From positions 8,866,001-8,930,000 of the forward strand of contig NC_135254.1 of NCBI RefSeq assembly GCF_964204865.1: DNA of 64,000 nucleotides, written 5' to 3'. This document shows, piece after piece, positions 23,332 to 37,435 of this stretch (the first letter of the stretch is position 1; each line of letters starts with the position of its first letter). Origin of the DNA: Styela clava (lineage: Eukaryota). A program made the translations under genes and the position numbers. The notes beneath the pieces are model-generated. The model saw only the letters and a list, made by a program, of their open reading frames with translations, made no database searches and was not told the DNA's origin.

Positions 23332-25235
23332 TCACTGTGTAAGGACCTTTTTCATTAGTATATAGTTGACTTTCGGAAACCTAAACAAATTAGGCCACGG
23401 CTTTTCAACCACAATTTCAAAACCGTTCTTTTTATATAGATTTATTGCTTCAACTTTTACGTCGCTGGTATCAAGAAATATTTCTTTGAATCCCATATTT
23501 GAAGCTTGATTGATTGCATGCAACATTAGTTCACTACCAATGCCACGGCGTCTTGCATGATTCGCAACATACATTCTCTGAAAATGAAAAAATTAGAATC
23601 CACATTGTGTAGTAAAGTTAATTTAATAACGAAGTAGCTGACTTACTTGCGCAAAGTGCGAATGGAAAGTCAGGAAAATTTTTACCGAGTCGCACAAGCA
23701 TGAATAAGTACAACATAAATTTCGTATTCTCGGGATATTTGAATCCGTTTTGCTAGGCTTGAACCCTCCCCCTTTTTCATCTTAACATAGTAGACAGTGT
23801 TTTAAAATTGCAAAATGTAGATAATATCCAAAATTGACTAAAACTAAGACTGATGATGGAATGTGCTGTTTACAAGTTCTTTATCTTTTTTTTGTCTAAA
23901 TTCACACTCACTTCCAAAGATACAGCATAAGACTTGCAATCCGGAAAGTATGACAAGATTGAATCAGGTAAATGATAAAGAGCGATACATCCAACTATTT
24001 TCCAATCTCGTTTTTCTTGCCTTTCAGCAACCCAGAATCCTATATAGTCTGATTTGCATCCAATTTCCTTTTTTAAATCTTCTGGTAAATATCGCCTCAT
24101 ATATTTCCGAAACGAATATATTCCTAAAAACATAACGGTATATATTAGGTAGTTTCTTCCTTTGTTGACTGTTTGACAGTTTTTAGTTGTGTTTCTGATT
24201 TTGGATTTAGATGCAAATCGGAATTCAGTTACCATTCAAACACCTCAATGGTCATTTGTCTTGCGAGGATTTTCAGGAGTTTTCAGTTTAGTTGCAATAA
24301 TCCAAACTTGATCCAAAAAATCTAGGCTGGAACTAGCTAATAGCGAGTTTAAATAGCAAGCAGTTAAATGTTTTAAATTAAATGAAGGTAAGGGATAAAC
24401 CAGTTTGAAAGCGGTAACGCGAAAGAGCACTCTTAAAATAGTAAAAAACTAAAATTGTTGCAACTGTAGTACAAGAAGATGTCTGAGAAACATTTTTCAA
24501 TTCCACAGTTTTGCAGCTGGGTTCAGCTAATCTTTATCATCAGGAGCAATTTATATTTGAGTCATATTTTTTAGCAAACGGCTTTTGACTATTTCAAGTT
24601 TACATTTGGAGAAAACACCCAGAAATATAAATGTTACTAAAACAGAAACATATCAAAGTATAATCACATGGTCCTCGACTCACCTATTAGTATCAATATA
24701 GCAGTTTCAAAAGACCAAACTACAACAAAAGTCAATAAACTGTTTTTATCAATCGTCCAAGAATTGAGAAATGCGACAATAAATATCCATCCCTGAAGTT
24801 AAGACATTGTAAGTGCGTATGCATGTGTTTGTTAGTCATTGCGTATTACAGATTTTTTTGTGACACTGTACATTCATTCATAAGGCTATTTTTTATGCTG
24901 TTTGCTCAAGAATACGTTCAGGATTATACCAACCATATAAGAATATTTGAAAAATATTTTGTTCATGTATAAGTATTCCAGTAAGTTGATCTTGCCATTG
25001 AACCTGTTCATTGCAATTATAGTTCTCTCTAAAATAAATTCACTTGGTGATTTTGTAGGAATAAAAGTCTAAATACTTGATGATAATTATATTTTTCACC
25101 AACTTGTAGCTTCCAACTGCCAAAAAGCGAAGACCTACTGGCTGTACATCCACGTTTAAACATAGAATCAACAATAAGTTTGTATATGAATTGTCTGTCC
25201 TCCGTCAGTAATGCACGAATACGGAAATCTACCAT
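23332..25235 (-). CDS. NAT8/camello-like GNAT N-acetyltransferase, 232 aa (exons 25235-25104, 24792-24684, 24123-23912, 23577-23332)
   Basis: Intact paralog of 10464-12399 with the same exon phases and GNAT motifs. Confidence 0.9.
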
Positions 25236-26052
25236 GACGTTACAGGTGTTTTGTTAGATACGGTTACATAAGTGACTGAAAGAATACCACGTATTTATAT
25301 ATAGTGTAGGGACCAACTTGTTGGATGGGTTATGTAAATAGACGGAAATTTTTAAAGTAAGTAGTCCGTTCTATGCTTGGTAGATACTTCTTGCAATAAA
25401 GCCTATATTCGTATCGCTAATTAACATATTCGGGCAATGTTAGAATCGTGAATCGTTTTCTATCGTGAAGATCTCTGTTATTACTTCCCACTGTTAGAAG
25501 TTTGTTAGCGTCCTGCAAAGTTGTAACCCTGCTTGCAGACAAGCTGCTAATAATGCTCCAAATACTCCATCCCTATTTTAACAAACTCTTACCATTTTAT
25601 CATGCTTCTCTTCTCGGCTACTCTACAATGCGGCAAGTAAAATGCAGTTTGACATAGGGAACGGGGCGTTAATCATTAAACAATACCACAAGTCAAACAC
25701 AGATCTAGTGTAGAGCTCAAATTGATCAAATGGTGATTACTATTATTAAGAATTTCGTTCATATTCGATGGTGAATCAAATCGAATTTAGACAATGACAA
25801 CTTAATGATATTAACAAATAAATAAATAAAAAGAGTAATTATCGGTAGTATATGACAAAACTTCGTGTCCAATAAATAAATAGGACAAATAAAAACAGGT
25901 CATATTATGTCGCGAGTCATGTACAAACGACACGGTGGTATCTGTAAATAAGATCAACTGAACATGGTAAACGATTTCAAACAAAATCAAATAAAAACGG
26001 ATTTTCAAATAACTTTCCAAGTTAAATATATATTGCATGTTTTGTATGTAAC

Positions 26053-26447
26053 AAGAGAGCTACGTTCAAATATATGGACACGTCTGTTCGCAGTACAGTA
26101 CGGTTTACCGTACCGTCAGATCACAGTCTACAAATATATTCACACCAAGCGAAGCAGTACAGTAGGACACAAAATGGCGTCCGATGTCCGTAGAACGTTC
26201 AGTGACGTCATAGCAAACAAAAACAAATCTCACAGAGCTAACAGATATATTCGAAATAAATAAAAGTGATATCCTTCTGGAGAAAAATTTCGTCTTTAAC
26301 CACTAAAAATTTCAAAGCAATTGGTCCAGTGATCAAAGAGAAAAGCAGTTTTTTTATATTTCCACTAGGTGTCCAAAAAGTGTCAAAGATCAACAAGTAC
26401 AACATAACAACAAAACAATCGTTATGTCCACTAAACGTGTCAAATAC
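26053..26447. repeat. Dispersed repeat family R1
   Basis: Begins aacaagagagctacgttcaaatatatggacacg and ends cgttatgtccactaaacgtgtc. Absent at the paralogous site (~13770). Confidence 0.6.
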
Positions 26448-26971
26448 CAATATATATATATATCGATATTCACTAATCCGGGGTTCTAGTCAGAGGTACA
26501 AATTATAAGAAGATATAATCTTTAATAAAACCTTGGTCGCAAACCTGCATATTATGACCCGACAATATTTGAAGGGATAATATCTCCCGTAATGAACTCA
26601 TGCAAGTACAACTTAAATGAACGTCCACTAATATTTAAAGTTACAATAGTACAAAATGTTTCTGACATCCGGAAAAGTCGAATCACAATATTAATAGTTA
26701 TCTAAATTTATTAAAAACCAATTATTATATGAATGGAGGTTTCAAATTTACGGAACAATTATAAACAATACGCAAATATGCAGTGTAAGTAGAATGTGCT
26801 TGATAATCTTTGTCCAATATCTCTCAAGCTTTCCCACATTGATGCACGTTTCATATACAATCTGACAAAACTTTAATCCCACCATAGTTCGTAAGTTAAT
26901 AATATCAACTTGGAAGAATCTTAGAAACCACTATAGAAAAAAATCTTTTCAGAATATTGATAAATGGACCT

Positions 26972-27608
26972 TCTATAGATACAGCCATTCTGCAGGTACA
27001 GTAATTCGGCAGATACAGCCATTGTACATATACAGCCATGCTTGCGATACAGTCATTCTGTCGATAGACCCATTCTGTAGATACAGCCATTCTGCAGATA
27101 CTGCCATTCTGCAGATATAGCCATTTTGCCTATAAAGCTATTCTACAGATACATCCGGGCCATCTGTATGTACATATGTGAATTTGCAGTTGCATCCATT
27201 CTTCAGATACAGTCACTCTTCAGATACTGTCAATATGCAGATACAATCATTATGCAGAAACAACCCTTCTGCAGAGACAGCCACTCTGCAGGTAGAGCCA
27301 TTTTACAAATATAGCCATTTTACAGATACAGCCATTCTATCGACACAGCCATTCCGTATGTAGAGCCACTATACAAATACAGCCATTTTGCAGATATAGC
27401 CATTCTGCAGATACAGCCAATTCTTCAAATACAGCAATTTACACGCTATCTTCAGGTACACCAATCTGCCAATACAGCCATCCTGCAGTTAAGGACATTT
27501 GCAGGTGTAGCCATTCTGCAGATAAAGGTATTTATTTCTATTTACAGATTTATACAGCTGCAGTCATTTTGCAGGTACATCCATTCTGCAGATTCATCCA
27601 TTCTGTCT
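26972..27608. repeat. Degenerate 17-bp minisatellite, copy B
   Basis: atacagccattctgcag / atactgccattctgcag / atatagccattttgc units. Confidence 0.85.
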
Positions 27609-27843
27609 GTATAAACCTATGTCTTACGTTTAATATCAACGCGTATACGTTTGTTCTCTGGTTCTCTCGTATGACGCTTGTACGTTTGTACTTTATTATC
27701 TCGTAGTTTCAATCATTACTTTATTCATTATATTCAAATCGTATATTATATTGCTTCACTTGCACTGCACATAAACTTGAGTTGACTTGTATCTGAACAC
27801 TTGTAATACACAATTGCACCGTTTGAGCGTTGTTGATATTTAC

Positions 27844-28074
27844 GGTTCCATTACATTTGTACATTTACAACCCACGTACATTTGAACCCCTAATTTGGAT
27901 CCACGACAACTGCACCTGCATAATATTGCACCTATGGAAATTTTAACCTATGGATATTTGAACCATACTAACTCTAACCCATGGATTTTAGCATCCGCAT
28001 ATAGATTGAACCCGCGGATATACGGATGCAAATGTATGGGTTCAAATGTACGTGGGTTCAAATGTGCTGTCACC
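27844..28074. mobile_element. MITE-like element, paralog of 16788-17018
   Basis: Same subrepeat structure. Confidence 0.6.
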
Positions 28075-29112
28075 ATTTTCGACCGTTTTACGTTGTATAT
28101 TGGGACAACAGAAAAGCTGAGTATTTTGCCAGTATTCTAAACAAGTCAATAGTCGTTTAGCGAGGAAGACGGTCATTTCTATTACTCTCGATCGCCGTCG
28201 CCTTTAAACCCCGCTACGTTACACAATATATTGACCAATGGGAACAGTGCAATCAAATATGAGTATCCAATGTCCAAGTGTCCAATTCAATAATATGACT
28301 CATATTCTCGGGTTGAAATTTGATATGGGATAAGAAAAATTAAAAATATACTCGGATGAAGATGTATAATGCGCCAGTAATTCTCATAGCGATGACAAGA
28401 ATCTTGTTTGTTTTGTCAACCGCACCACCTAGTGGCGGTTTACTACTTCAGACATTCGACGGAGAGCGCTTACATTGTCGCCGCGATGTTCGCTTACTCC
28501 TGAATGAGGTAAGAGAAATTTTGCATTTATCTTGGTAGCTACTTTCGCTGAATGATTTTAAAATTCATTTGTTTAGGGTTTTGTTTTTTATTGTTTTCGG
28601 CTTTAAACAATTTTCAATTTTCCGACGTATTCGAAATGAATGTGTAAATTAGAATCCTTGCGAGGAAATGGCGGCAATGTCCACCACGCAACCGTGCAAA
28701 GGTGTCGCAGCAATAAGTGACGCACGCACAAGATAAACCATCAAAGTGCCGATTTAATTTCATCGTCACAATACGCGCAGACAAAGCGCAAAAATTCGCT
28801 TGAAGATTATCCTCGAAAACGAAACACCGTGCTAACGACGGAAATTGTTGAAAATTATTTTATTCGGAAATATTCGAAAAGGTATTCGAATGTATTTAAT
28901 TCGTTTTGGACAACTCTGCTTTCGAGCAAAATAATAAAATATCTCATTGTCTGATTTAAAAGTTAGAGTTTAACATGTAGTTTGAGGGCATATTGTAATC
29001 TTACTCCAGCGTACATGATCCATACGCAAAACAAAACATGTCGTTCTATCCATTTATTTTGTAACTTTGTAGAACTTGACAAAAATATTGACCATAAATC
29101 AAAAATAAGAAA

Positions 29113-29970
29113 AAGATTTTCTTGCGACAAAATTAGTCATATTAAGTATGCGAAAATGATTTTTTTTTTTAGTATTTAGTTTTCAATGTGATGATTTATT
29201 TAAAGTCAGTAATAACAATATCCACACAAATACATTTTTCGTAGATACTACCAGTTATACGATTCAGAATAATACAAGAACATTGAAAACGATGATGATA
29301 ATCGATATTTACCTGAATTATAAAAAAATATTTATGTTAGCTTCAATAAATAAATATTGCATCCGATAATAAAGAACTGTTTGAGGTAATGTGGCTGATG
29401 ATTCCAGATCACAAAATGTTTTCACAAATGTTGAAAATTTCAAAGATATTAATGAAGAAATAAAATTCAATTAATGTTACAAAAAAGAACGCTAATGCAT
29501 TTTTTAATATTCTAATGTAAGAGAAGAATTAAAAGTTTTGATATACGTACTTTCCTTCAGAATTGACGAAGCTGAGCAGTGTATCTATATCAGAAACTGA
29601 AATAAAATATTTTTTGCTAAGTATCTTAATTAGAATCAGTGCTTGGTTTTATAAGAAAATCGTTATCATCTATTATATCAGTAAGTACATCCGTTATCAG
29701 TAAGCAGTGAGCTTATCACAATTAGTGATGACGATGACGTATTTGAATTTTAAATTGAACATAAACAACTAAACCTAAATAGAATCAAAAATACGTACAT
29801 CCCAGGGGAAGGTGAGGTGGCCCCCGTATGGTTCTCGCAGTCACTTCCAAAGAAAAGAGAATTGTAAGGAACATCAATGCAATAACAAAATGAAGAAATA
29901 CACTTATATTCGCCATTGTCAAAATATAATTAAATGCAAATAGAGATTTCCTGAAAGAAATAATAAAGTT
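29113..29970 (+). repeat. ~860-bp direct duplication, second copy at 35168-36013
   Basis: tcttgcgacaaaat.agtcatatt ... gcaaatagagattt is colinear in both places, moderately diverged. Confidence 0.85.
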
Positions 29971-32476
29971 CCATGCCCCTCTCGCGCTTAGTTAAATTTG
30001 AAACCATTGATGTAATATTTGATAAATCTGTTATGCTTTAAATATGTATATAGCGTTATTTCATTTAAATTTCAACGGTATCTACCGTATTTATTGTATA
30101 TCATCAACATGGATAGAAAGTATAAAAACCCTATAATCATGGTATGGAAGTTTTTCTTATTCCTATCTAATTTATTGAAAACTTTTATTTTTCCATGCAA
30201 ATTGATTACTGATGGTAGTATAATTATAAATTAATAAAATGACACGGATCAACTATACTGAACTTCAAATGGACATAGATGTAATATGTATATATATGTG
30301 ATTGATAAACTGGTATTGTATGATTTTATAATTCGTATATACAATATGACTTTTTGAAATGGTGGTAATTAAAACCATGATATTCAAAATTCTAAAAAAA
30401 TGATTAATAATCTTGATCTAGTTCGGAAACTAATAATAATAATAATAAAAAAGACCTAGTTAGTCAATACTTTATTTACTGAATCTTCCGTTCTCACGTA
30501 CTTTTTAGTTCCCAAATTGTTTTATTTATTTTTGCTGATTTACTTCTGTTTTGTTTGACTTATCTGCTTCCATAATGGTGTCGCTGACATGATGACTTTT
30601 GATAGTCTTTTCGCGACCCCTCGTCCATTGCAGTTCAAACATTGTACTTTTTTCTTTTAATGAATTTATTTCATTTTTACCATTTGTTTAAATGTACAAT
30701 GTTTTTGCACGACGAAAAATAACTGTCTGAATCTGTATCTACCGGTCATCCTGAACAACGCTTTATCATAAGATATTAGAATTAATGTCGGGCTGCCCAC
30801 AAAAGACAATACCTACTGCCGGTCCCGTTAGTTTGATTAGAATATTTGTAAACATAATCATGACTGATCGTGTGGCAGTTTACAGCGATTTAGCAAATTC
30901 GACAAATTTTATCAGTTTTCGCAACACCGACTCCGCCCCAGCGCAGGTTTGCTACTCAGATTCTCTTTAAACAAGATATCATCCTTTGAAAAATCCCAGG
31001 ATCTGGACAATATAGGAAAAATTGAAATTTATTTTATTGCAATAAAAAATTTATTGGTATACTTACTTACTACATAAATTATTATCTTATATATATATAT
31101 ATCGTCACATAACGAATATATATATATATATATATCGTCACATAACGAAAAAAGGCGCATGCGGTAGTTTCAGAATGGATAAAATGGTACACTACGCTAT
31201 AATTTCAAAAGAAAACCTGACATAACAGTAACACTAAGCTTTGTGATTTCCAATGTCTAAAAAGCGTTTTTAATCTGTCTCCAAGTCTTCTATAGCAAAA
31301 CTTATAGTGTTATCTTCCGTTTTAAGTTTTAGTTTAAATATTTTATGATGCCGCATTACAATCAAGAAATGAGGGTTGCGAATTCACCTCCTCGTCAATT
31401 AATTTTAGCATCTCGTCGCCGATGGTTATAATATAGCCTACTAACTTGTTTTTTCACACTAAACTTACAATTCCGTAATTATAATCGTCCTCGAGTAACA
31501 ATACATAAATATGACGAGAAAAAATTGTGATCCAGGGAAAATATATGCCGACGTGAAAATATATTCACGGTCTAAAAACACTTCACGCTGACGAAAATAA
31601 ACGGCGATTTCAACAAAATGCAATCACGTTCTTAGCGACTTTTATCTAAAGGGAGCGGGTTCGACACCAAATTAATTAATACGTTTGTCAAGTGTCAAAC
31701 TTACAGCCTTAATGTATATAATTTATCTGTAAAAGTTGGGTCTATTTATGGATTGTATTAACTCTATTAAAAGAGGTTTGACATTCAAATTAAGTATTGT
31801 TTTCAACTTACTCGGGAACAATAATCGGTGAGCAACAATGTGTTTTTTGTTGCTCCTTTTTGTAAATTTATTGTGGGTCTCCGTGTATAATAGTCAACTT
31901 CTTCACGGGCTTCGTGACACCAAAAGTTTGAGAACCCCCTGGTCTAGGTCCATAAACCTCGTCTTCCCCTGATCTGATGTGTCAAACGCCGAACAGTCCA
32001 CCAAACTTATATCTGCGCGAAACTAAACACACATATTAGCTAATTTATTAGTTGTAGAACGTTTATGTTTGAATATCTGCGATGAATCATAGTTTTTGCA
32101 TATTTAGTAGGCTAGGTAATAGAAAAGTCCCGTATATACAACTGTTTAAGAGGTTTCTCGTCGAACTCCTGGAACGGCTCCACCGAACCATAAAGTTTCG
32201 ATCGAACCCAGGTTAAGAACCACTAATTTAAAATAAGCGTGCGACCTAAAAAACATAACTTGGTTGACATAATAAGTATATATAATTCCAGATTACCTGG
32301 AAGCTAAGAAATAATCTCAAGAGGAAGTGTCTCGATAGGTGGCGAAATATCCTTAAAAGGATATCCTGGAAATGTGGGTCATGCGAAGAAGATTTCGGAA
32401 GTTTGGGTTTTGTTTTCAGTCGGAACAAATTTCATTTGCATATGAGCATCGCGACAAATAGTCGTATCTACGTTAC

Positions 32477-32721
32477 ATGGCGCCCATGGCGAAGTTAAAT
32501 AATGCGCCCCTCGATAATTGGTTAACGATTTATAATGACTGTTATTGAAATGCTATACCTGTACGATATTATTTCAGTAAATATGCGAGTTTCAGTTGTC
32601 TCAGATTTGAAATTATTCTATTGAAACATATTGCGATTAAAACTTTTCGCCGTTTTTGCGCCCCTGTCTAAACAGCGCCCATGGCACGAGCCATGGCTGC
32701 CACACCCTCGATACGCCACTG
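32477..32721. mobile_element. hAT-type MITE fragment
   Basis: Internal gcgcccatggc / gcgcccc motifs and a right terminus ..gatacgccactg (CAGTGGCGTA on the minus strand). Left terminus not found. Confidence 0.45.
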
Positions 32722-34524
32722 ATACAAACGTAAAAACAAATCAACACAAAAATACAATAAATAAATAATCATACACAACTCGGCTTTTAGAAAGCCTACT
32801 CAAATCCAGGAAAACGTTTATCATAGTTAATTAACAAGTCCAACCAAATTACTATTAAATAACTTGCAGCCCTAAAAATCAGAAAAAGTTACAAATTATA
32901 ACATACCGAATTTGTCTGCTATTCCAGGCTTAAACTATGATAAGTTGAACATAAAATTATTCGTCAATGAAATCCGAACAAATCAATTAAATAAACTATA
33001 ACTGTAAAACTAATGACGAAGGCAATTCAATGCTCATAAAATGTGAAGCAGCTCTAATATACAATATTTAATCGTCTTAATGTAAAAACAGAAAGTCAAA
33101 GTCGCTAAACAAATTTCAACTCATTTACAAATTACAACGAAACAAACACCACTCTCTGCAAAAGTAAAGCGCCATTCAAGGCAAAATACCGAAACTGTCC
33201 CTGTCTAGGCGAGACGTGTCTTGGCAAGCAATTGCCACGAAGACTCTCTCAATTGTTTCGTAACAAAGTGTGTGTAAGCACACTGTCAATCAAGGGAAAT
33301 TACGGTGTCAACAATAACAAATAAATTACTACTACACAAGGTGGACGCAATGTTTAAGTCAATACAAAAATCAAGTGAATGCGAATGCGACTACAATTGA
33401 GTGCTGATTGACCGCCTAATGTTGTTTTCTTATTTTCAATTTGTCAATATCAAATTATTGCTAACCATTATTACGTATCGGCAGAATATGAATGTGTATG
33501 AGGCTTTATGAAATGAAACACGTATGGATCATGTACGCTGGAGTAAGATTTTAGGGAACATTGACGTCTAATTGTTACGTATTTTATGACTGAGAGATTG
33601 CTTCTAATTTTAAGATTAGTATGACTTTAAGTCTAAACACGTACCTTAACCAAAAGCAGCAAAATTACCCAATATCCTATAAGATTACTATATGCCCTTA
33701 AACTACATGTCGCCCTTTAACTTTTAAATCAGACAATGAGGTATTTTATTATTTTATCTGATCAAAAGTGTTTTAATTTTATTCAACGAGTGTGCACCGT
33801 TGTAGAAATAACCCCAGAAGACGGTACATAATGTGAAAGCTAAATTTGCAGGAACTTGGAGGACAAATATGGTTGATAATATTTGTAAGTATTATGTTAG
33901 CTGGTAGGGGTTAATAGCTTTAAATAAAGATAGGTATATACACTTTAGAGTGAGTGTGGGACATACAGAAATGGATTTGTATTTAATTACGTTCAAATGC
34001 TTGAAGTGCTTAAAATTCAATCCTTTATCCAACTGAACACCACCTTCAAAATTTTACGTTTTCAAGTTCATTTCGTTTTTTTTTCAACTATTTGTAGTAG
34101 GTGTGAAGATACTCTCACGTATACTCGTTTGGGCAACCAAGCAGGAAAAGGATTTATTTCAAATCTCAGGCCAATTGTTAATCCGTTGGTCTACAGCTTG
34201 CAAAAGGCAAACTTTCTATGTATAATGAAATAAGTAACATGAAGGTACCAGTTATGCATTCTCATTACTGTATTGTCAGACTAATGAGCCATTCGTCGAA
34301 AAAGCCAAAGATAATTTTTAACTCTGAAATGACGACTTTTTCATATTACTACCCAATAAGCCGAGGCAGAAAATTGCATTACTTTTTTTCTTTTCTCATT
34401 TTTTTAATTAGGCGCCAATAAGACTTCTGTTTTGGATAATATCAATTTTATTTTGTCTTCTCATTCATTTATTTTGTATCTTGGTATTACTTGACAAAAA
34501 TACTGACCAGATATCAAAAGCCAG

Positions 34525-35167
34525 AGAGCTATGCTCAAATATATGGAAACGTTTACCGATTCCAAGAAAAGCAGCAACATTTAAAGGCATCAGTTATAAC
34601 AGTGACTGCAAGCCCAGCTTTTACGAGACAGCTACGAGTTAGTGCAGTGTCACCGCGCTGTGTTACGGTACCGGAACTGCCCTATCTTCAGAAGTTCCTG
34701 TCTTGTGACAGCGTGTATTGAAATTGCAAGATGGTCCGACTCACAACTGTAGTAACACGAACGATCCGAGTTACTACTGTAATATAACACCAAGTACGGC
34801 ACTATTCGCCATTCACCATTCCTCAAATCTTAGCAAAGCCAGGATTTCGTTCGATGAACTATCGACGTTCGATGGCACGTGATCAAAAGAACATGAAGAG
34901 GAGTGCCAGCATACACGTCACAAGGTGTCGCTAATTTTTATTCTGACACATAAAAAACGAATCTCTTGAGTCCACAGAACTTTTTGAAATGGGTTAAAGT
35001 AATAGCCTTCTGGCGAAAAAATCAATCTTCAGCCACTGAAAATTTCAAAGCAATTGGTCCAGTATTCGAAGAAAAAAAGCGATTTTTTAATGATAGTGAC
35101 GAAGAATAATAAGAATAACAACAACATAATATTCAAACGATCGTTATGTCCACTACGTGTCCAAAAA
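34525..35167. repeat. Dispersed repeat family R1, longer copy
   Basis: agagagctatgctcaaatatatgg ... aaatttcaaagcaattggtccagt ... cgttatgtccactacgtgtccaa. Confidence 0.6.
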
Positions 35168-36013
35168 GATTATCTTGCGACAAAATCAGTCATATTGAGT
35201 GTTCGAGTATATTTTTTTTTGTATATAGTTTTTATGCCATGCTTTATTTCATGCCAATAATCACAATATTCATAAATGCTACCAGTTATAAAATTAGGAA
35301 TAATACAAGAACATTGAGGACGTATGATGATAATCGATGTTTACCTGAATTATGAAAAAATACTTATGTTAGGTTCAATAAATAAATATTGCATCCAATA
35401 GTAAAGAACTGTTTGTGGGAATGTGGTTGATGTTTCCTGATCACAAAATGTTTTCACAAATGAATATTTTAATGTAAGAGAAGAAATAATTAAGTTTTGA
35501 TATACGTACTTTCCTTCAGAATTGACAAAGCTGAGAAGTGTATCTATATCAGAAACTGAAATAAAATATTTTTTTGCTAAGTGTATTCATTAGAATCAAT
35601 GCTTGGTTTTCTATAAAAATCGTTTTCGACTATTATCAGTAAGTACATCCTTTATCAGTAAGCAATGAGCTTATCACAATTGGTGATATTAATTCAGAAT
35701 GCTAGTAAACCATGAATTATGCATATTTAGAATAAACTAATTGTTTGTATGCATGTGAAGTTTTTAGACGATGAATTGAATTTTCAAAATTGAACATAAA
35801 CAACTAAACCTAAATATAATCAAAATTACGTACATCCCGGGGGAAGGGGGGGAGGAGGAGGTGGCCCCCCTATGGTTCTCGCTGTCACTTCCAAAGAGAA
35901 GAGAATTGTAAAGAACATCAACGCAATAACAAAATGATAAAATACACTTATATTCGCCATTGTCAAAATATAATTGAATGCAAATAGAGATTTTCTGGAA
36001 AAAACAATAAAGT
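35168..36013 (+). repeat. Second copy of the 29113-29970 duplication
   Basis: Colinear sequence identity seen by eye. Confidence 0.85.
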
Positions 36014-37372
36014 TTAATTAAAGAAACAAATCATCCTAATGTCTGTTCACATCTGATTAAAAAAAAATTTTAGTTGTGACAACTGAAGTGAAAAGTTAAT
36101 AGTTATTAATGAAAGACCCAAAAGCTGCTATTTCGATCAGAAATAAAGCGGCGCCATGGATATCGATCAATGGGAGACTTATTGAATATTAAATTAATAT
36201 ACCCAATAACATGAGCTCGACATATTCTTGGTATAATAATTTTAGCACAAATAACCGTAATATTTACGATTACATGTGCATAATATGCTGCTTAATCATG
36301 GGATCACACGACCAAATACAATAAAACTTTGTGTCAATCGTTTGGTTATTTTAAGTGTTGAGCAGATGGATGAGTATCCATCGGAAACAATACATTTAAC
36401 ATTTCTTAGGCTATTTATCTAATTGTTTCTCATATATATATATATATATATATCTTATGCCTAGGTCTAAAAAAAGAAAGAAAACAGCTTATTTCAAATC
36501 TCACCGTCAATTCGTTTATTCTTGTTATTCGCGAAGACCCAAAGCTTCTGACGAGACGCCTTTTCCTGAATGATGAAAATCTTCAACATGCTCCTGTATT
36601 ATACAGCATTACTACATTCAGATCAAACCATTCAATGCGGTAAAAATAACCTTATATCTTCAAGTAACTCTTATATACAACACTGAAAATGGATCAGAAT
36701 TTATGTCGTATTTCCAGTTAAATACTCTAATTTTCCTTAATATCGTAAAAAGCCATCTGTCTGGAATTGTTTCCTTCTTCGTCACGCTTTTGTCTGGATC
36801 TTAGTATTGTTTTTGTTTTTTTCTTTTCTACATGTCGAAGTCTTGTCAGTCAATATTACGTATGGGGAATATATGAATGTAGGAAAATCTAAAATAAAAT
36901 AATGTATTGATCATGTACGCTGGGGTAAGAAAATATGACCTTAAATTCATGCCGTACTTTGAGGTATTGATATTGAGGTATTTTAAATTTTATCTCACTT
37001 GTTCAAATTTTTAGAACTTAGAGGACAAGTATGGTTGATTATATTTATAAGTATTTTGTTATTTGACCCTGGACCATGGATAATACGGTTAGGTGGTATA
37101 TTTGTATAAACCAATCCTATAAATTTGATACCAGCACGTGTTTTTCTTTACAGTTTTTAGGCTTTGACAAAATCATGAAAATTGATGAATTTTAAAAAAC
37201 ATTCAGCGATAAGAAGCTATCAAGATGAATGTAAAAAGTGTATCCCCTTATTCAGGAGACAGCGAAAATCCCGGCGACAACGTAAGCGCTCCCCGTCGAA
37301 TGTCTGAAATAGTATTCCACCACTAGATGGTGTATTGGGCGGAAGGACAACTTGCTTGTCATCGCTATAAGA

Positions 37373-37435
37373 CGGGGAGATCTAAACTACGGCCCGCGGG
37401 CCAGACCCGGCCCGTGGCGTCCTTTCATCTGGACC
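37373..37435. mobile_element. hAT/Charlie-type MITE left-end fragment
   Basis: ggggagatctaaactacggcccgcgggccagacccggcccg resembles CAGGGGTGTCCAAACTACGGCCCGCGGGCC-type ends. A related right end lies at ~1180-1223. Confidence 0.45.

Larger units (their letters stand above)
18110..28741. repeat. Tandem segmental duplication, copy B
   Basis: Colinear with 5326-17680. Lacks the IS3EU element and differs in R1 insertions. Confidence 0.95.

Noticed and set aside
31088-31150. (TA)n-tcgtcacataacgaa direct repeat
   Set aside because: Simple slippage duplication.
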